From positions 184,458 through 248,457 of the forward strand of contig JBBRLX010000003.1 in assembly GCA_038231135.1 (NCBI GenBank): a stretch of DNA of 64,000 nt. Reading direction: 5' to 3'. Under the pieces are notes generated by a model, which ran no database searches, was not told the DNA's origin, and worked only from the letters and a program-made list of their open reading frames with translations. The stretch comes from Candidatus Eiseniibacteriota bacterium. Lineage in GTDB: Bacteria; Eisenbacteria; RBG-16-71-46. The first letter of the stretch is position 1. Each line of letters opens with the position of its first letter. Positions 60,937-64,000 of this stretch are shown piece by piece. The translations under genes were made by a program, and so were the position numbers.

Positions 60937-63900
60937 TTACCTCACGAGTACGAAGCTGCCCCGCAGTGAGCCCGTCGACGTGTCCATGCGGCAGAAGTAG
61001 ATGCCTGCGGTGGCGCCGGTGAGATCGACGCGTTCGGTGTGCATGCCGGCTTCGAGTTCGCCATCGCGGACCGTGCGCACCAGGCGACCGGTGACGTCGT
61101 AGATGCCGAGGCGCACGTGCTCGTGGACCGCGATCCGGTACTGGATGCCGAGCTCCCCGCGAGTCGGGTTCGGCGCCGGCGCCGCGAGCCACAGGACGTG
61201 TCCGAACGACGTCGAGTCGGCGACCGGCTGCCAGTCGCGTGACCCCGTGGGCGGCGTGCCGAGCTTGGCCAGCAGCGCCGTCTTCGGGAACACCTGCACC
61301 CAGGGGCTCGATTCGTCGTTGCGCGTGCCGCCGGTCGCCGGACAGCCGGCGCCGTCCACACCGTGCGTGTTCAGGATCTGACCGGTGTCGAAGTAGTCCG
61401 TGAGCTTGCCCCCGATCGTGACGTGCACCACCGGTACCAGACTCGACACGAGCCGCGTGCAGTCGGCGGGATCGCAGCCGTAGCAGCCCGCGGGGCTCGT
61501 GTCCGAGCCGTCGAAGTTCTCGAATCCGGTCTGCGCCAGGATCAGGCTCTGGCCGTTGGGAATCGAGTACGAGCTCCACAGATTGAACTTCTTGCTCATG
61601 TCGACGGTCACCGCCACTCCCGACACCGTCGCGCCGGTCTGGTTCAGGATGCGGATCGTGGAGGTATCCCAGCCATCCGAGGTGCCGGGATCGACGTTGC
61701 CGACGAAGGTCACGCCGGTCGACGTCCGCCACGGACTGGGCTTCGTCTTGAGATGGCTGGTGTGGTGCGTGTCGTAGTAAGCCACGAACACCGAGACTCC
61801 CGACGTTCCGCCCACCGGCAGGTTCGCCGTGACGGGCGCGGTCGCCGGGGTCGAGGGATTGTTCCCGGTATCGGTCACGGTCACCTTGACGGTGTAGGAC
61901 CCCGCGGCGGCGTACGTGTGTTGCGCCGTCGCGGTGGGCGCCGTCGTCGTGACCACCGCGGTGCCGTCGCCGAAGTCGAACTTGTACGTCGCGATCGGCG
62001 TCGCATCGGTATCGGTCGAGGCCGACGCATCCGCCTTGACGGTGAGCGCCGGGCTCGCGATGTTGGTGACGGTGAGCCGCGCCACCGGCGGAGCATCGAG
62101 GCCCACCGTGACGCTGGCCTGGACCTGCGTCGACGGATTGTTCGCGGTGTCCGTCACGATCAGCTTCACGACATAGGTCCCGGCCACGGCATAGGTGTGC
62201 GCGACCGAGGCGGCGGTGCCGGTCACGATCGCGGTGCCGTCGCCGAAATCGAACGAATACTTGGCGATCGGCGTCGCGTCGACGTCGGTCGACCCCGAGC
62301 CGTCGGCGGTCACGGCCAGCGGCGGGCTCGCGGGCCTGGTGACGACGAGGCTGGCCGCCGGCGGCAGCTCGGGCGGCGGGCCGGAGGTGAACGTCGTCAC
62401 CAGCGCCATCCACGTACCGCTGGTGGTGCCGGATGCGTTGTATGCGCCGGTCGCGCTCGTCACCTTGTATGCATTGGCGAGGCGGTCGGAGCCGATCGCG
62501 AGCGCCGGAAGCGCCGTGAACCCGGAGGCCCACACCGCCGCCGTTCCCGACTCGATCCCGACCGCGCCGAACACCAACTCGACCGGCCGGGAGGTTGTCG
62601 CGGTCGCGCCGGAGTTGAACGCGGTCGAGGTGGCGGTTGCGGACGCAGCCTTGTCGAGCGCCGACACGTTCGAGAACTCGTCGACCGTGGCTTCGAGGCT
62701 GGCGGCGGTGGGATAGGTGATCTTCACCGTGCCGCCGACCGCGAGCGGATGGACTCCGAACGCCGCGAACACCAGCGTGCGGTCGCCGCCGCTGGTGGAG
62801 TTCTGCTCCCGCAGCAGCGTGAAGACGTCGCCTGCCACATTCGTGACGGTGACGGCCGTGGTGGATGTCGAACCCAGCAGCACCGTGACGAGCAGAGCGT
62901 CGCCGCCCGCCACCGCGCGCGTCGCGGTGAGCGTGGTCGTGGTCGAGGATGTCGACACGGTGCCGCTCGCCACGCGGCCGACGTAGGCCGGGGGCGACGA
63001 CGTCACGGTCACGGGCGCCGTCACCGGAGTCGAGGACAGGTTGCCGGTGTCGATCGCCGTGAGCGTCACCGTATAGGTGTTGGGTGCGGCGTACGTGTGC
63101 AGCGCCGACGTCGCCGGTGCGATCACCGTCACGGGCGCGGTGCCGTCGCCGAAGTCGAACCGGTAACTGCCGACCGGCGTCGCATCGGTGTCGGTCGAGC
63201 CCACCCCGTCGGCCTTCACGTTGAGCGACGGCGGTGCCAGGTTCGTCACGGTGAGCTTTGCGACCGGCGCGAAATCGGGCGGCGGCGGCGTGAACACCAC
63301 GAAGCTCACCGTGTCCGGCGGCGAAGTCTGATTGCCGGTATCGGTCGCCCGGAGTTTGACGGTATAGACCCCATCCGCGGCGTAGGTATGCGTGGCGCCC
63401 GTCGCCGGCGCGGTCACGATCACGGGCGCCGTGCCGTCGCCGAAATCGAACGAATAGGAGGCGATCGGCGTGAGGTCGGTGTCGGTGGAGCCCGCGGCCC
63501 CCGCGTTCACGGTGCGGACGGGCGAAGCGGCGCCGGACAGCGTCAGCTTCGCGACCGGCGGGAGATCGGGCGGCGGTGCGCTCACGATCACCGTGGTGGT
63601 CTCGGGCGTCGAAGGCAACGCGCCGGAGTCGGTGGCGATCAACGTCACCGTGTAAGCGCCGTCGGTGGCATAGGTGTGCTGCGCCGTGGTGGCCGGCGCC
63701 GTGACGATCACGGGCGGCGCGCCGTCGCCGAAATCGAACGAGTAGGAGGCGATCGGCGTGAGGTCGGTGTCGGTCGAGCCGGCGGCGTCGGCCGCGACGT
63801 GCAGCGACGGATTCGGGGTATTGGTCACCGCGAGGTGCGCGACCGGCGGAAGCTCGGGCGGCGGCGGGGTGTACACCACGATGCTCGCCGTGTCGGCCAC

Positions 63901-63999
63901 GGACGCCAGGTTTGCGGCGTCCGTCACCACCAGCGTGACGACATAGGCGTTGTCCGCCGCATACGTGTGCGTGGCGGTCGCCGTCGGCGGATGCTTGAT
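60937..63999 (-). CDS. Large PKD-repeat surface protein with C-terminal T9SS/FlgD-like domain (5' end outside the window)
   Basis: Frame is open to the window edge; at least 5 complete PKD repeats (STDTD.TPIA.Y.FDFGDG…HTYA..G.Y.V.L); PNP…IYDVTGRLVR…GIYFCRM…VLVR. Confidence 0.9.
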   Translation of the reverse strand: MKHPPTATATHTYAADNAYVVTLVVTDAANLASVADTASIVVYTPPPPELPPVAHLAVTNTPNPSLHVAADAAGSTDTDLTPIASYSFDFGDGAPPVIVTAPATTAQHTYATDGAYTVTLIATDSGALPSTPETTTVIVSAPPPDLPPVAKLTLSGAASPVRTVNAGAAGSTDTDLTPIASYSFDFGDGTAPVIVTAPATGATHTYAADGVYTVKLRATDTGNQTSPPDTVSFVVFTPPPPDFAPVAKLTVTNLAPPSLNVKADGVGSTDTDATPVGSYRFDFGDGTAPVTVIAPATSALHTYAAPNTYTVTLTAIDTGNLSSTPVTAPVTVTSSPPAYVGRVASGTVSTSSTTTTLTATRAVAGGDALLVTVLLGSTSTTAVTVTNVAGDVFTLLREQNSTSGGDRTLVFAAFGVHPLAVGGTVKITYPTAASLEATVDEFSNVSALDKAASATATSTAFNSGATATTSRPVELVFGAVGIESGTAAVWASGFTALPALAIGSDRLANAYKVTSATGAYNASGTTSGTWMALVTTFTSGPPPELPPAASLVVTRPASPPLAVTADGSGSTDVDATPIAKYSFDFGDGTAIVTGTAASVAHTYAVAGTYVVKLIVTDTANNPSTQVQASVTVGLDAPPVARLTVTNIASPALTVKADASASTDTDATPIATYKFDFGDGTAVVTTTAPTATAQHTYAAAGSYTVKVTVTDTGNNPSTPATAPVTANLPVGGTSGVSVFVAYYDTHHTSHLKTKPSPWRTSTGVTFVGNVDPGTSDGWDTSTIRILNQTGATVSGVAVTVDMSKKFNLWSSYSIPNGQSLILAQTGFENFDGSDTSPAGCYGCDPADCTRLVSSLVPVVHVTIGGKLTDYFDTGQILNTHGVDGAGCPATGGTRNDESSPWVQVFPKTALLAKLGTPPTGSRDWQPVADSTSFGHVLWLAAPAPNPTRGELGIQYRIAVHEHVRLGIYDVTGRLVRTVRDGELEAGMHTERVDLTGATAGIYFCRMDTSTGSLRGSFVLVR
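63433..63780. repeat. Near-identical intragenic DNA repeats in adjacent PKD units (288-nt period)
   Basis: 63433-63492 and 63721-63780 differ at 2 of 60 positions. Confidence 0.8.
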
Positions 64000-64000
64000 C

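Overview
A gene-dense, very GC-rich (roughly 70% by eye) bacterial chromosomal window with about 48 CDSs. I recognise no rRNA, tRNA, CRISPR array, transposase, integrase or phage gene. Housekeeping genes are fdhD, pdxH, an acyl-CoA dehydrogenase, ggt, a fused 2-oxoacid dehydrogenase E1, cysK-cysE, an RNB-domain RNase, a LOG protein, miaB, queF and aceB-aceA. Signalling genes include three histidine kinases, three SpoIIE/PP2C phosphatases and a LytTR regulator. There is also a type III PKS plus methyltransferase pair and five large exported proteins sharing a T9SS-like/FlgD-like C-terminal domain. That pattern suggests an FCB-related diderm such as Ca. Eisenbacteria, which is inference only. 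Main discoveries: (1) a hidden candidate exported selenoprotein at 57309-57797 (signal peptide, in-frame TGA, U-x4-C, SECIS-like hairpin, two Cys-less YHS-like repeats) that the ORF track splits in two; (2) a LytS/LytTR-TPR-TonB receptor operon whose kinase shares a paralogous membrane sensor domain with the adjacent PP2C phosphatase, with both operons carrying 21-bp-period AlgR-like direct repeats at the same distance from a -10 box; (3) widespread apparently leaderless genes; (4) sigma-54 promoters ahead of two small envelope proteins; (5) a TIP/AQP8-like aquaporin upstream of the glyoxylate genes. Many start codons were re-assigned from the ORF track by eye. All product calls come from motif recognition, not database searches.
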